From Patescibacteria group bacterium (GTDB lineage: Bacteria > Patescibacteriota > Microgenomatia > UBA12405), in contig JAMCSD010000006.1 in the NCBI GenBank assembly GCA_023380755.1, forward strand, positions 316,735 to 380,734: a DNA stretch of 64,000 bases, read 5' to 3'. Both the position numbers and the translations under genes were made by a program. The notes beneath the pieces were generated by a model. The model saw nothing but the letters and a program-made list of their open reading frames with translations. It was not told where the DNA came from and did not search any database. This document shows positions 16,952 to 25,016 of the stretch, one piece after another (positions within the stretch are counted from its first letter, which is position 1; every line of letters starts with the position of its first letter).

Positions 16952-17911
16952 ATGAACTACCTCAATATCATGAAATTCCGCCCGCTCTTTTATGCTCTTT
17001 CCGGCTTCCTGATTGCCTTGTCACTTTTTTCCATTGCCAAATGGGGTTTCCGGCCTTCAATTGATTTTAAAGGTGGGACCATTTATCAAATTAAACTGCC
17101 CCATATTTCTGACCAGTCAAAAGTGGTTTCGGTCTTTAGAAGCAACAATATTCCTATAAGCTCCATTTCTAGTGCCGGGGAGAATGCTTATCTTGTCAAA
17201 TTCATTAATATCAGCCAACCTCAAAAACTTAAGCTCGATGAAAGTTTAAAAAAACTCGATAAGGACTTCCAATCCCTCCAGTTTGAAACCCTGGGCCCGA
17301 GTTTAGGCAAGGAATTATTGCAGAAAACTCTTTTTGCCGTCCTGCTTTCCGCCATCGCCCTCCTCGTTTTTATTGGTACCCGCTTCAGCGACTTTACTTT
17401 TGGCACCGGTGCCATTGTGGCTATGTTTCATGACGCCATCATCTTGATTGGTAGCTTTTCGCTGTTGGGCCACTTTTTGGGTGCCGAGTTGGATGCTCTT
17501 TTCGTCACGGCGCTGTTAACTACCCTATCAGCATCAGTTCACGATACCGTAGTCACCTTTGACCGCATTCGCGAACTGAAACGCCAAAAGTACCAAATTG
17601 AATGGGTCGAATTAGTTAACCAGGCAGTTACGGAAACCATTGTTCGTTCTTTTAACACTTCGATGACGGTGGTGATCATGCTTTTCGCCTTAGTGGTTTT
17701 GGGTGGTTCCACCACCCGCTGGTTTGCCCTCGCCCTTTTGATCGGTGTCGTCTGCGGCACCTATTCTTCTACCGGTGTGGCAATTCCGGTGGTTTTAGCT
17801 CTCAAAAAGTGGCAAGCTGGCCGTCACTCCAAAACCAAAAACCCTGCTCCTAAAGTAACTTCCAAATCTCCACCAGCCCGCGCCGCTGTTTCCCACCGTA
17901 GTAACCTATAA
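16952..17911 (+). CDS. secF: protein translocase subunit SecF
   Basis: The ATG at 16952 follows the secD stop. It has IDFKGGT and SecF TM helices, plus a basic or Pro-rich C-terminal tail. The listed TTG at 16925 overlaps secD. Confidence 0.9.
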   Translation: MNYLNIMKFRPLFYALSGFLIALSLFSIAKWGFRPSIDFKGGTIYQIKLPHISDQSKVVSVFRSNNIPISSISSAGENAYLVKFINISQPQKLKLDESLKKLDKDFQSLQFETLGPSLGKELLQKTLFAVLLSAIALLVFIGTRFSDFTFGTGAIVAMFHDAIILIGSFSLLGHFLGAELDALFVTALLTTLSASVHDTVVTFDRIRELKRQKYQIEWVELVNQAVTETIVRSFNTSMTVVIMLFALVVLGGSTTRWFALALLIGVVCGTYSSTGVAIPVVLALKKWQAGRHSKTKNPAPKVTSKSPPARAAVSHRSNL

Positions 17912-17919
17912 AGGCAAAA

Positions 17920-17945
17920 AAATCCGCCAGGGACAAAATTTCTTT
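17920..17945. repeat. 26-nt direct repeat, copy 1 (left arm and loop of a degenerate hairpin)
   Basis: AAATCCGCCAGGGACAAAATTTCTTT is identical to 18900-18925. TCCGCCAGG here pairs imperfectly with CCTGACGGA (17951-17959). Confidence 0.9.
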
Positions 17946-17965
17946 CGTATCCTGACGGACTATCA

Positions 17966-17983
17966 CTTAACTAAACTGCGGAT
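17966..17983. repeat. inverted-repeat arm (left) flanking the two-gene unit 17971..18770
   Basis: CTTAACTAAACTGCGGAT matches the reverse complement of 18800-18816 (CTTAACAAACTGCGGAT) at 17 positions with one extra T. It overlaps the last codons and stop of 17971..18354. Confidence 0.6.
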
Positions 17984-18354
17984 CTCTCCATCCACCACTC
18001 CGGCTTCGGCTCGGGCAACGTCTCGAGTCCCACAGCCTCAGCCAACTGTTCCAGCCACAACTGTGAACCAACATAGGGTGCCGTCGGAGGGTAATGCCGC
18101 TCCTGTTGATATTGATCCCGCCAGCTCGGTAGAATCGGAATTCCGCCCAGTTGCAAGATGTGGTTGAGCTCATCTTTTTGAGCGTCGTATTTGAGTTGTT
18201 CGGCTCGAAGCGCTTTGTGTACCTCGCAACACTCCCAGGTCAAATAGAGTAGGTTACATCCTGGTAACGGTTGTCGTATCGGTCGTGTCCGTTCCAGGAA
18301 CTCAAAATACTCCTTAATAAATGTCTCGACTCTCAGTTTCAGGTCACCGCTCAT
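17971..18354 (-). CDS. hypothetical protein, C-x8-CC-x2-H family paralog C
   Basis: 127 aa from the ATG at 18354. The RBS AAGGAG lies within the end of the upstream gene, 2 nt after its stop. It has the motif GCNLLYLTWECCEVHKAL. The listed start at 18390 would overlap paralog B. Confidence 0.75.
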   Translation of the reverse strand: MSGDLKLRVETFIKEYFEFLERTRPIRQPLPGCNLLYLTWECCEVHKALRAEQLKYDAQKDELNHILQLGGIPILPSWRDQYQQERHYPPTAPYVGSQLWLEQLAEAVGLETLPEPKPEWWMERSAV

Positions 18355-18356
18355 TT

Positions 18357-18770
18357 TTAATGCTCCTTTTCTTGGGCTTCTAATAGCCATTCGGGCTTAC
18401 CGAGCGGGTCAATGCCGCTCACTTCCATCAGCTTCAGATACCAGCCGATACTCATCACATTCGTTTTGTCCTCCGAATAGGGGTTTGGACCGGTCTCTTC
18501 GCCAGCCATAAACCGTCGTGCATAGTCCAGTTGGACCGCGTAGCGGACACCGTTAATGCCCAGCAGCGCGTTCAGGCCGTCCGCTCGGGCGCACAGTATC
18601 ATCCAATCCCGGGCCAGCGCCTTATGTTTGTCACAACACTTCATTTCATACCACAACTCTCTGTCACAATTCGGTCCTGGGACATTCTCGGTTACCAATC
18701 GGTCATAATGGGTGAACAGATCAGCGAAAAACTTGCGAACCAACTCCTGTTCTTGTGTATCTATAGTCAT
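18357..18770 (-). CDS. hypothetical protein, C-x9-CC-x2-H family paralog B
   Basis: 137 aa. It has the motif NCDRELWYEMKCCDKHKALARDW and the C-terminal region GIDPLGKPEWLLE, compared with GLETLPEPKPEWWME in paralog C. Confidence 0.75.
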   Translation of the reverse strand: MTIDTQEQELVRKFFADLFTHYDRLVTENVPGPNCDRELWYEMKCCDKHKALARDWMILCARADGLNALLGINGVRYAVQLDYARRFMAGEETGPNPYSEDKTNVMSIGWYLKLMEVSGIDPLGKPEWLLEAQEKEH

Positions 18771-18799
18771 TTCTTTGCTCCTGATAATTTTTCATTTCA

Positions 18800-18816
18800 A
18801 TCCGCAGTTTGTTAAG
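18800..18816. repeat. inverted-repeat arm (right), in the 5' UTR of 18357..18770
   Basis: ATCCGCAGTTTGTTAAG is the complement of the arm at 17966-17983. Confidence 0.6.
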
Positions 18817-18899
18817 GTCCAAAAAGTCCCAATAACGCCTTTTAGCCGCTAAGGCTTAAATTGTTATTTCTGGGGAATTATACACCAATTACAAACAAT

Positions 18900-18943
18900 A
18901 AATCCGCCAGGGACAAAATTTCTTTTCCTCCTCTGGCGGATTT
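18900..18943. repeat. 26-nt direct repeat copy 2 within a perfect 11-bp hairpin (probable terminator of 18974..19354)
   Basis: AAATCCGCCAGGGACAAAATTTCTTT occupies 18900-18925. The stem AAATCCGCCAG / CTGGCGGATTT (18933-18943) lies 31 nt downstream of the minus-strand stop. Confidence 0.85.
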
Positions 18944-18973
18944 AGGTTCTTCAAAAGACTTGGGACATTGTGT

Positions 18974-19354
18974 TTATTTTATTTCTATTTCTGCCAAAGA
19001 TACTCCGCTAGCCTCTGCCAGACGCACAATCCATGACGAAGTCATGACGAAATCAGCTAGGGAATCGCCGTCATACACTGGTGGGTCGACACCTTTTTCC
19101 ACTGCCTGGCGATAAGCATTCGAAAAAGCCATGGGTATCGCCCCCAACTTTAAGCAGTCATTGAGAACATCAGCCCGCACTGTCAGCTCCGTATAGGTTC
19201 TGGCCAAATTCCGGTGCCGTTCACAGCAATTCCAGTTCTGGAACAAAGCCCGGTCGCAATCCCGCCAGGGAAAATTTATTTTGTCCCTGACGCCGATAAA
19301 AGCGAAATAGTCGACCAAAAATTGCCTCGCTGTCTCTTGTACTCCTCTGTTCAT
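18974..19354 (-). CDS. hypothetical protein, C-x9-CC-x2-H family paralog A
   Basis: 126 aa. It has the motif DCDRALFQNWNCCERHRNLARTY followed by RADVLNDCLKLGAIP, compared with RADGLNALLGINGV in B and QKDELNHILQLGGIP in C. Confidence 0.75.
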   Translation of the reverse strand: MNRGVQETARQFLVDYFAFIGVRDKINFPWRDCDRALFQNWNCCERHRNLARTYTELTVRADVLNDCLKLGAIPMAFSNAYRQAVEKGVDPPVYDGDSLADFVMTSSWIVRLAEASGVSLAEIEIK

Positions 19355-19476
19355 TAAGCTCCTTGTGGTTGTTGAAACTTTCGGCCGCTGTCCATCCCTA
19401 GTCTGTCAAAGAACCTTTCGCTCCTTACAGTCTTCAGCCGCAATGGCTGATTCTGTCGCCATATTATAATTATACT

Positions 19477-19728
19477 TCAAGAACTTTCTCTGATTTCAAT
19501 TTCACTTCCTTGTAGTAGCGCTTCACAAATTAATTCTCCCGCTTTTTCCCCACCCACAAAAGGCTGATACATTCTGGCATTCTCATTCGTCTGCCCCGCA
19601 AACCGAGTCATGATTACCCCTGTCGGCCGGTGATAAAGCGGCCCATGGGCATAAAACACCCCGACGATTTCCTTGCTCCCGTCATGATCCAACGGTATCG
19701 CCGGCTTAAAAATAAACTCCCCGAACAT
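19477..19728 (-). CDS. hypothetical protein (83 aa)
   Basis: This is a complete ORF. TGtTATAAT (complement of 19737-19745) lies 8 nt upstream of the ATG. I recognised no family. Confidence 0.55.
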   Translation of the reverse strand: MFGEFIFKPAIPLDHDGSKEIVGVFYAHGPLYHRPTGVIMTRFAGQTNENARMYQPFVGGEKAGELICEALLQGSEIEIRESS

Positions 19729-19880
19729 AGGCCCAGATTATAACAGTTTCCATTGCATCTGGGAATGCTTCAGCGTATACTTCCTGCTAATCAGGAGTAA
19801 GAGTATCGATAGCCATACGTCTTTACGCCTATTTATTGTCTTTTTCGCTCTTTGACAGAAGGAAAGAATTAAGGAGTTTT

Positions 19881-20555
19881 ATGTTAACCCCCGACAATTT
19901 CAACGGTATTTTTTACTCGCCTCAAACCGGATCCGACAACATCTTTAGTTACCAAGAAGCCTTTGTCGACGAAATCTCCGATCGCGAGGATGGTCTGTTT
20001 TTGTCTCTTGGCGCCTATGTCGATTTGGTCATCAACGGCTATGCCGAGTTAGCTAATAAGATTTTCTACAAAACCAAAGAGGTTTGGCCGGACATCGACT
20101 GGACCAGGGTCGAGAAGGTCTTACAAGATGTCCACGAATTGTCCTTTCGGCAGCCCGATAACTGGCGGCACGAAGTATACGAAATGGTCTCTTACAGCTT
20201 CTTAGGGGCTAAACATCAAGTCCCGGAAACTTATCGCAGTTTCTACTTTGATCCCGAAACAGTCAAGGTAATCTTTGCCCTTCGCGGTCAAATTGTGACG
20301 ATTAACCATGAGCATTTCCCTGATTCCTATACCATGCCAATACGGGTACTAGTTGATTGTGACCTTAACCACGAAACCGAACTGGCTACTGAAATCTCTG
20401 ACATGCTCTCTTTTTACCAACCCGATGCCGATTGGCTTTTCATCGCCCATTTTCGTCAAATCGCCCAGAGTATGGCCGAATTATCCTTATCCCGTCAAGT
20501 TAAACCACTCTTTATTTTTAAGATGGATGACGTAGTGAGCGTAGTGTCATTGTGA
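19881..20555 (+). CDS. hypothetical protein (224 aa)
   Basis: The ATG at 19881 is preceded by AAGGAG (19871-19876). The listed TTG at 19836 has no RBS. I recognised no family. Confidence 0.6.
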   Translation: MLTPDNFNGIFYSPQTGSDNIFSYQEAFVDEISDREDGLFLSLGAYVDLVINGYAELANKIFYKTKEVWPDIDWTRVEKVLQDVHELSFRQPDNWRHEVYEMVSYSFLGAKHQVPETYRSFYFDPETVKVIFALRGQIVTINHEHFPDSYTMPIRVLVDCDLNHETELATEISDMLSFYQPDADWLFIAHFRQIAQSMAELSLSRQVKPLFIFKMDDVVSVVSL

Positions 20556-20621
20556 GTCTGCCTTTGGCCCGGGGAGTCAATCTTTATTTCAAACTTCCCG
20601 GGCATTCTTTCCTTCTGTTAT

Positions 20622-20957
20622 TTATTTTCTTTTTATCCGGCAGAGCAATTCTGTATCTTCCACTGTTACCCCGCAGCCCCGATAAAGTTGCAATTCGGTA
20701 ATTCCCCATTCATCCGTGTGCGTAAAAACAACGCCTTCGGTATCCATATTAGTCCCTAAGACGTTAAAGCGGACAGTTAGGGGATTAAGCACCCATTCTT
20801 CGTTAACCATTTCATGAGTTATTCCCATAAATCTTTGGCCTAATATCGGTAAAATTTCTCTTAACCTATCCTGTGGGTAATAACCATCATCTTTGGCATC
20901 AATGGTTAAGTCACTCAATGTTCCTTTCCGGTTTTCGACATGAATTTCTAGGCTCAT
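20622..20957 (-). CDS. hypothetical protein (111 aa)
   Basis: This is a complete ORF. TGcTAAAAT (complement of 20964-20972) lies 6 nt upstream of the ATG, the same box and spacing as gltX. I recognised no family. Confidence 0.55.
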   Translation of the reverse strand: MSLEIHVENRKGTLSDLTIDAKDDGYYPQDRLREILPILGQRFMGITHEMVNEEWVLNPLTVRFNVLGTNMDTEGVVFTHTDEWGITELQLYRGCGVTVEDTELLCRIKRK

Positions 20958-21039
20958 AATATAATTTTAGCACCCCTAAGTCCTCGTCCGGATCTGTATT
21001 CCTTTATCTTGGGCTCGTTAACCGTTAATAAGTTCTCGC

Positions 21040-22377
21040 TTAAATATTCCTGCTTTCTAGTTTTTGTAACAGCACCTCTCGCTCGTTTAAGCTGGGATCC
21101 CTTTCCACTTCAGCAAAAATGTCATTCAAAATTTGGCCGACTTTTGGTCCCGGTTTAATCCCCAACACCCTCATCACATCGTGGCCGTCAATTTTTAGGT
21201 CCTTAACACTGAATGGCTGCTTTTGTACTTCCACTACCCGGTTTTTGAAATCCTCCAATCGCCAGCTGCTTTCTTTGGCGCCACTTCCTAACCGGTCCGC
21301 TCGCCGCAGCGACAGCATCTCATTCACCAATTCTGGCGTTACGTGGCGAATAAACCGCCGCACCGCGCTGTCCGTTTGGCTCTCGGCAGTACTAAACATG
21401 TGCCATCTCACCAGACGGAACAATTGGTCCATCTCTTTGTTTGATAATCTTAGCCTTTTGCCGACCGCCGCTGCCATTCTGGCCCCGACGACTTCGTGGT
21501 TATGAAATGTCCGGGCTTCCCCTTCGCCCTTCATCACTCTTGGCTTGGCCACATCGTGCAGCAGCACTGCCAATCTGGTCACCGGGTCATGGCTGTCGGT
21601 ATTCTGCAGGGCATTGATACTGTGGGTCCAGACATCGTAAATATGGTGGCCTTTTTGCGACACGCCATATCCTTCTAATAGTTCGGGCAAAATCATTTGT
21701 AAGACTCCGGTGTTCTTCATCAGGGTCAAAGCAATCGCTGGTTGGTCGCCGGCTAATAGCTTAAACAGCTCATCCCGCACTCGTTCCGCCGAAATGTTTT
21801 CGAGCAAAGGAGCCTTCTTTTCCGCTGCCAATAAAGTTTTCTCTTCGATCATGAATCCCAACTGGGCTGCCATCCGGAAAGCCTTCAAAATCCGCAGCGC
21901 ATCCTCTTGGAACCGTTCCTCCGGATCCCGCACTGCCCGGACCAGTTTGTTCTTGATATCCTCTTGGCCGCCAAACACGTCGACTAAATCCGGTTTCCCC
22001 TGAGCCTGCCGCCAGGCCATGGCATTAACTGTAAAGTCCCGCCGGCTCAAGTCCTCCTCAATTGTTTTACCCCACTGAATTTCTGACGGGTGCCGGAAGT
22101 CGCCGTAGCCTTTTTCTGAGCGGTAAGTGGTAATTTCAAAAATTTCTTTATCTTTACTCACCACCCTAAACGTTCCGAATTCGTTATTATAAAAGCCGCT
22201 TTTCGGGAAGGCCTTTTGCATCTCCTCGGGTGTCAAATTGGTGGCAAAATCCCAATCATAAATTTCCCGGCCGATTATCAGATCCCGCACCGCTCCGCCG
22301 ACTATATAAATTTCTCCTCCCGCTTTCTCCACTTTTTCCATTAAGTCGGTCACTTTCTTGGGAATTTTGAAATCCAT
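21040..22377 (-). CDS. cca: CCA-adding enzyme / tRNA nucleotidyltransferase with HD domain
   Basis: It has GGAVRD, RRDFTVNA and an HD region (LLHDVAKP). The start was moved to the ATG at 22377 (MDFKIPKK...), which lies 5 nt after TGtTACAAT (complement of 22383-22391). The listed TTG at 22392 overlaps that box. Confidence 0.88.
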   Translation of the reverse strand: MDFKIPKKVTDLMEKVEKAGGEIYIVGGAVRDLIIGREIYDWDFATNLTPEEMQKAFPKSGFYNNEFGTFRVVSKDKEIFEITTYRSEKGYGDFRHPSEIQWGKTIEEDLSRRDFTVNAMAWRQAQGKPDLVDVFGGQEDIKNKLVRAVRDPEERFQEDALRILKAFRMAAQLGFMIEEKTLLAAEKKAPLLENISAERVRDELFKLLAGDQPAIALTLMKNTGVLQMILPELLEGYGVSQKGHHIYDVWTHSINALQNTDSHDPVTRLAVLLHDVAKPRVMKGEGEARTFHNHEVVGARMAAAVGKRLRLSNKEMDQLFRLVRWHMFSTAESQTDSAVRRFIRHVTPELVNEMLSLRRADRLGSGAKESSWRLEDFKNRVVEVQKQPFSVKDLKIDGHDVMRVLGIKPGPKVGQILNDIFAEVERDPSLNEREVLLQKLESRNI

Positions 22378-22431
22378 ACCTGATTGTAACAAAAAATCTT
22401 CATCTTTCTCCCTGTTTCATTAATCCCCAAA

Positions 22432-23394
22432 TTACATCTTTACCGGTTTGTCTTCCCAAGTGAACAGCGCGCCCACCGATTGGTTTTTGGCAATCCGCCG
22501 GATCACCTTGGCCAAGAGCGGTCCCAACGAGATCACGGTCATTTTATGATTTAATTTTTCTGCCGGAATATCAATCGAATTAGTCAGGAGCAGCCGGTCC
22601 ACGTGCCCGTTGCCTACCTTTTCTTTGCTGTCACCCGATAGCGCTCCATGGGTAATGCAAACAATCACTTCTTTCGCCCCAAATTTTTTAAGTGTTTCGG
22701 CGGCAGCGCAAATTGACCCGCCGGTACTGATTACATCGTCAAGCAGAATAACTCGCTTGCCCTCGACTTCGCCCACCACGTGGGCTACCTCCGACTGGTC
22801 ATGGGCCCGACGGACCTTATCAATAATTGCCAATTTTAGCCCCAACATATCCGCCATCTTATTAGCCCGTTTCACTCCGCCCATATCCGGGGAGACGATC
22901 ACCGCGTCAGATAGCAGTTTATGGCTCTTTAAGTATTTAGCAAATAGGGGATAAGCCAAAAAATGGTCCACCGGGATATCATAAAATCCCTGGATCTGAT
23001 CGGCATGCAGGTCAAATGTCAATAATCGGTCCGCCCCGGCTTTGGTGATTAAATTAGCCACCAGCTTCGAGCTAATCGCTTCCCGGGAACTTACCTTCCG
23101 GTCTTGTCGGCTATAGCACAAGTAAGGGCAGACCAAATTAATCCGTCCCACCGACGCCCGCCGCAGGGCATCGATCATAATTAAAGTTTCCATTAGGTGG
23201 TCATTAGCCGGGGCATTCAGGCTCTGGATGACATAAACATCATCCCCACGCACCTTTTCTTTAATCCGGACATAAATTTCCCCGTCCGAAAAATGTCTAA
23301 TATCTACGGGAGTTAAGGGAGCCTTTAACAATTGGCTGATTTCCTGGGCGAGTTGAGGGTGGGAACTACCGGCAATAAGTTGCACACCTTTCAT
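22432..23394 (-). CDS. prs: ribose-phosphate pyrophosphokinase
   Basis: 320 aa. It has DLHADQIQGFYDIPVD, VSPDMGGVKRA and the PRPP loop ILLDDVISTGGS. Its promoter is TTTACA-16-TATAAT, with the -10 box 8 nt from the ATG. Confidence 0.93.
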   Translation of the reverse strand: MKGVQLIAGSSHPQLAQEISQLLKAPLTPVDIRHFSDGEIYVRIKEKVRGDDVYVIQSLNAPANDHLMETLIMIDALRRASVGRINLVCPYLCYSRQDRKVSSREAISSKLVANLITKAGADRLLTFDLHADQIQGFYDIPVDHFLAYPLFAKYLKSHKLLSDAVIVSPDMGGVKRANKMADMLGLKLAIIDKVRRAHDQSEVAHVVGEVEGKRVILLDDVISTGGSICAAAETLKKFGAKEVIVCITHGALSGDSKEKVGNGHVDRLLLTNSIDIPAEKLNHKMTVISLGPLLAKVIRRIAKNQSVGALFTWEDKPVKM

Positions 23395-23566
23395 CCACGA
23401 AAATTATACCCATCCTTCTTACTTTGTAAACCGGTCATTTTTAATATTTGACACTTTTACCCAATCCTGCTACTATTTCCTTTCAAAAGGATAAAGACAT
23501 TTGCGTCCTTATCTTGGTCGTCTGTCGTACGTTGACAATCAGCGGAAAAATTATAAGGAGATTGAG

Positions 23567-23893
23567 ATGACTAAAGAGAAAGTAAGACCGAACGTTTTTG
23601 AGCTACCGCGGATCATCGGCTATATCCTCGCTATTCTTGGCGGTATTGTCGCCATCGGTTTGGCTTTAACCGTCACCCATAATGCCAGTCCTCTTTGGGC
23701 TATCATCCTGGTGATCTGGGGTCTGGAACGAGTCGCCATAGTTAGTGTCCGCCGTCCCTGGATGCCGGCTCTTCGCGGTTTAGTCCTGGGTGTTGGCTAC
23801 GCCTTACTTGGCGTCGTGGCTGTCTATTTACAAAACGCTTACGTCCTTTGGGGCATGATCCTGGTGAACTGGTTAGCCGAAGCTTTGGTTTAA
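23567..23893 (+). CDS. small membrane protein (108 aa, about 4 TM)
   Basis: The ATG at 23567 is preceded by AAGGAG. The sequence is hydrophobic throughout. The listed start at 23501 has no RBS. Confidence 0.6.
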   Translation: MTKEKVRPNVFELPRIIGYILAILGGIVAIGLALTVTHNASPLWAIILVIWGLERVAIVSVRRPWMPALRGLVLGVGYALLGVVAVYLQNAYVLWGMILVNWLAEALV

Positions 23894-23903
23894 GGAGTTT
23901 TTA

Positions 23904-24104
23904 ATGAAAATCACTCTCTTTATGGTCGGTTCGATTATGTGTGTTCTCGCCGCAGTTGGAATTTTTGTCTACGGCCTCCTCGACTTGCCAAAGTTGTTTT
24001 TGGTAGTCCCGATGGCTTTGGCTGTTGTCGGTTTTGTTATGCAGTTGATTAACCTTATTCAGGTTCGTCCTAGCAAAACCCTGCCGCCGCGCTGGCCGTA
24101 CTAA
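23904..24104 (+). CDS. small membrane protein (66 aa, 2 TM)
   Basis: An AAGGAG RBS lies 7 nt upstream, with two hydrophobic helices. The antisense ORF 23901..24125 is rejected. Confidence 0.55.
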   Translation: MKITLFMVGSIMCVLAAVGIFVYGLLDLPKLFLVVPMALAVVGFVMQLINLIQVRPSKTLPPRWPY

Positions 24105-24130
24105 TTTAACCTTCCGCTGTTCCACGTTTT

Positions 24131-24181
24131 AGCCCCGGGGCTTCAGGCATTTTGCCTTTTCCTGAAGTTCACGGGGCTTTT
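24131..24181. terminator. bidirectional nested hairpin between convergent genes
   Basis: The outer stem is AGCCCCG/CGGGGCT and the inner stem is CTTCAGG/CCTGAAG. T-runs flank it on both strands. Confidence 0.65.
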
Positions 24182-24186
24182 AATTT

Positions 24187-24519
24187 CTAAGCCTGTTTGG
24201 CGTCTTCCTCCCGCATCCGGTCTATCCAGTCCTTTATCACCATCCCGGTTCGCCGCGGTCCAGTCATGGCGGGTATCTCCAAAATCCGAGCTTTAGGCAA
24301 AAACTGATTTATAATTGGGTCCAAATCTTCTCGCTTTTCGCTGTAGGCAATATAATAGCTGTTCGGATCCACCCGTAATATTATCTTATCCCGGTAAGGC
24401 AGTGGCAGCGCCCCTGCGGGGATATCTTCCAGTAGTGTCTGGTAATCATGAGCCCGGACAAAACGGTCACGTTTAGCTAATTCAGCTTGGATATCATCTC
24501 TACTTGGTATTTCTCCCAT
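24187..24519 (-). CDS. hypothetical protein (110 aa)
   Basis: This is a complete ORF. TATAAT (complement of 24525-24530) lies 5 nt upstream of the ATG. I recognised no family. Confidence 0.55.
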   Translation of the reverse strand: MGEIPSRDDIQAELAKRDRFVRAHDYQTLLEDIPAGALPLPYRDKIILRVDPNSYYIAYSEKREDLDPIINQFLPKARILEIPAMTGPRRTGMVIKDWIDRMREEDAKQA

Positions 24520-24601
24520 ATATAATTATACTAAAATAGTAGGAGATTATATCTGTGGTAACGATTTGACAACAACAACCACAAAATTTTAAAATATATC
24601 C

Positions 24602-25006
24602 ATGCTCAAAGGATTTCGGGATTTTATCTTTCGCGGCAATGTCGTCGATCTGGCGGTAGCTGTCGTTATTGGGGCGGCCTTCAGCAATATTGTTAATTCT
24701 CTGGTAAAGGATTTAATCACCCCGCTAATTGCGGCTATCGGAGGTAACCGGGATTTTTCCAATATTTATTTCACCATCCACAATAGCCGTTTTATGGTTG
24801 GCGATTTTCTCAATTCCCTCATTTCCTTTTTGATCGTTTCCTCGGTCATCTACTTCTTTATCGTCATGCCCATGAACAAGTTTGTTAACTTAATCCGTCA
24901 AGGTCAAAATGTCGATCCCGCTGAAAAAACTTGCCCCGAGTGTTTATCCCAAATTCCCGCTAAGGCCAAGCGTTGTAAATTTTGTACTGCTCCCCAAAAG
25001 AAATAA
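24602..25006 (+). CDS. mscL: large-conductance mechanosensitive channel with C-terminal CxxC..CxxC tail
   Basis: 134 aa. The canonical N-terminus is [27 protein letters not shown]. The C-terminus reads [25 protein letters not shown]. Confidence 0.9.
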   Translation: MLKGFRDFIFRGNVVDLAVAVVIGAAFSNIVNSLVKDLITPLIAAIGGNRDFSNIYFTIHNSRFMVGDFLNSLISFLIVSSVIYFFIVMPMNKFVNLIRQGQNVDPAEKTCPECLSQIPAKAKRCKFCTAPQKK

Positions 25007-25016
25007 GCCTATAATT

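Noticed and set aside
19262-19293. Third partial copy of the CCGCCAGGGA...AAAATTT hairpin element inside paralog A
   Set aside because: Only short pieces match: CCGCCAGGG, and CAGGGACAAAAT on the opposite strand. The region is coding (IGVRDKINFPWRDCD). I treat it as a possible remnant or coincidence rather than a repeat copy.
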